The notes under the pieces were generated by a model that had not been told where the DNA came from, made no database searches, and saw only the letters and a list, made by a program, of their open reading frames with translations. Positions 63,524 through 64,000 of a DNA stretch of 64,000 nt are shown here, in pieces. Position numbers and translations under genes: made by a program. Position 1 is the stretch's first letter; each line of letters starts with the position of its first letter. The stretch comes from an uncultured Ruminococcus sp. (lineage in GTDB: Bacteria > Bacillota > Clostridia > Oscillospirales > CAG-272): positions 65,029-129,028 of the forward strand of contig CADBKZ010000004.1 of the NCBI GenBank assembly GCA_902795355.1, read 5' to 3'.

Positions 63524-64000
63524 TGATGGGAATTACCGTTTACGGAGCGGGGCTTGCGGGGTGCGAGGCGGCATGGCAGGCCGCAAAGCGCGGAATTTCC
63601 GTGCGGCTTGTGGAAATGAAGCCGAGCAAAAAAACGCCCGCGCATCATACGGAGCAATTTGCGGAGTTGGTCTGCTCCAATTCGCTGCGCTCCGATAGCG
63701 TAAGCAACGCCGTGGGGCTTCTCAAAGAGGAGCTGCGGCGGTCGGGATCGCTGATTATGGAAGCGGCGGACGCAACCCGCGTTCCGGCGGGGTCCGCGCT
63801 CGCCGTGGATCGCAACGCGTTTTCCGCGTATGTCACCGAGCGCATCCGCTCCTGCCCGCAGATCGCGGTGGAAGAGCGGGAAGCGGGATCGGTCGCGGCG
63901 GATGAAATCAGCGTTATCGCCACGGGGCCGCTGACGAGCGACGCCATGGCGGCCTGTATTGCGAACGACCTCGGCTGCGGCGGATTGCATTTTTACGACG
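63523..64000 (+). CDS. trmFO: Methylenetetrahydrofolate--tRNA-(uracil-5-)-methyltransferase TrmFO (3' end outside window)
   Basis: [55 protein letters not shown]. dprA-topA-trmFO synteny as in Bacillus. Runs off the window. Confidence 0.9.
   Translation, partial: MMGITVYGAGLAGCEAAWQAAKRGISVRLVEMKPSKKTPAHHTEQFAELVCSNSLRSDSVSNAVGLLKEELRRSGSLIMEAADATRVPAGSALAVDRNAFSAYVTERIRSCPQIAVEEREAGSVAADEISVIATGPLTSDAMAACIANDLGCGGLHFYD

Noticed and set aside
1-64000. Mobile elements, prophage, defence systems (RM, CRISPR-Cas, TA, Abi, retron) and rRNA/tRNA genes.
   Set aside because: I recognised no integrase, transposase, recombinase, phage structural, methyltransferase-nuclease pair or reverse-transcriptase signatures in any frame. 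I found no tRNA-like T-arm (GGTTCGAATCC-type) or rRNA sequence by eye. A tRNAscan/Infernal run would be needed to be certain.

Overview
64-kb chromosomal segment from a high-GC endospore-forming Firmicute. G+C is roughly 58-62% by eye, not computed. The class looks like Clostridia, Oscillospiraceae/Ruminococcaceae-like; that guess is inference from protein signatures and gene order. I call about 58 protein-coding genes. I recognised no rRNA, tRNA, CRISPR array, transposase, integrase or phage module.

Housekeeping genes: metG, gpsA, tatD-like, an EF-G2-type paralog, uvrB-uvrA, murA, gpmI, a family-4 uracil-DNA glycosylase, two pseudouridine synthases, scpA-scpB, engB, lon, infC-rpmI-rplT, a TrmH-family methyltransferase and dprA-topA-trmFO.

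Sporulation genes: the complete spoIIIAA-AH operon, spo0A, a ytfJ/DUF2953 pair, a DacB/DacF-like carboxypeptidase and a SleC-type cortex-lytic enzyme locus.

Accessory-looking stretches:
- 18.0-23.4 kb: AraC regulator, two endonuclease/exonuclease/phosphatase (EEP) paralogs and an orphan ABC solute-binding lipoprotein.
- 23.4-24.2 kb: 0.8 kb of non-coding DNA packed with short GC-rich hairpins and degenerate repeats.
- 24.2-27.6 kb: a surface-protein operon of a GLUG-motif protein, a 42-aa peptide, a lipoprotein and a discoidin-domain protein with a Cys-containing C-terminal sorting-like signal.
- 44.1-46.3 kb: a low-GC single-gene glycoside-hydrolase-like island next to spo0A.

Most interesting observation: the SleC zymogen is split into a pro-domain ORF and a catalytic ORF, exactly at a G5 homopolymer. 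I did not find a clear new multi-gene system such as a defence island. Many intergenic regions carry near-consensus TTGACA-N17-TGnTATAAT promoters. Several gene pairs overlap by ATGA, which suggests translational coupling. All family assignments come from motif recognition by eye, with no database search.
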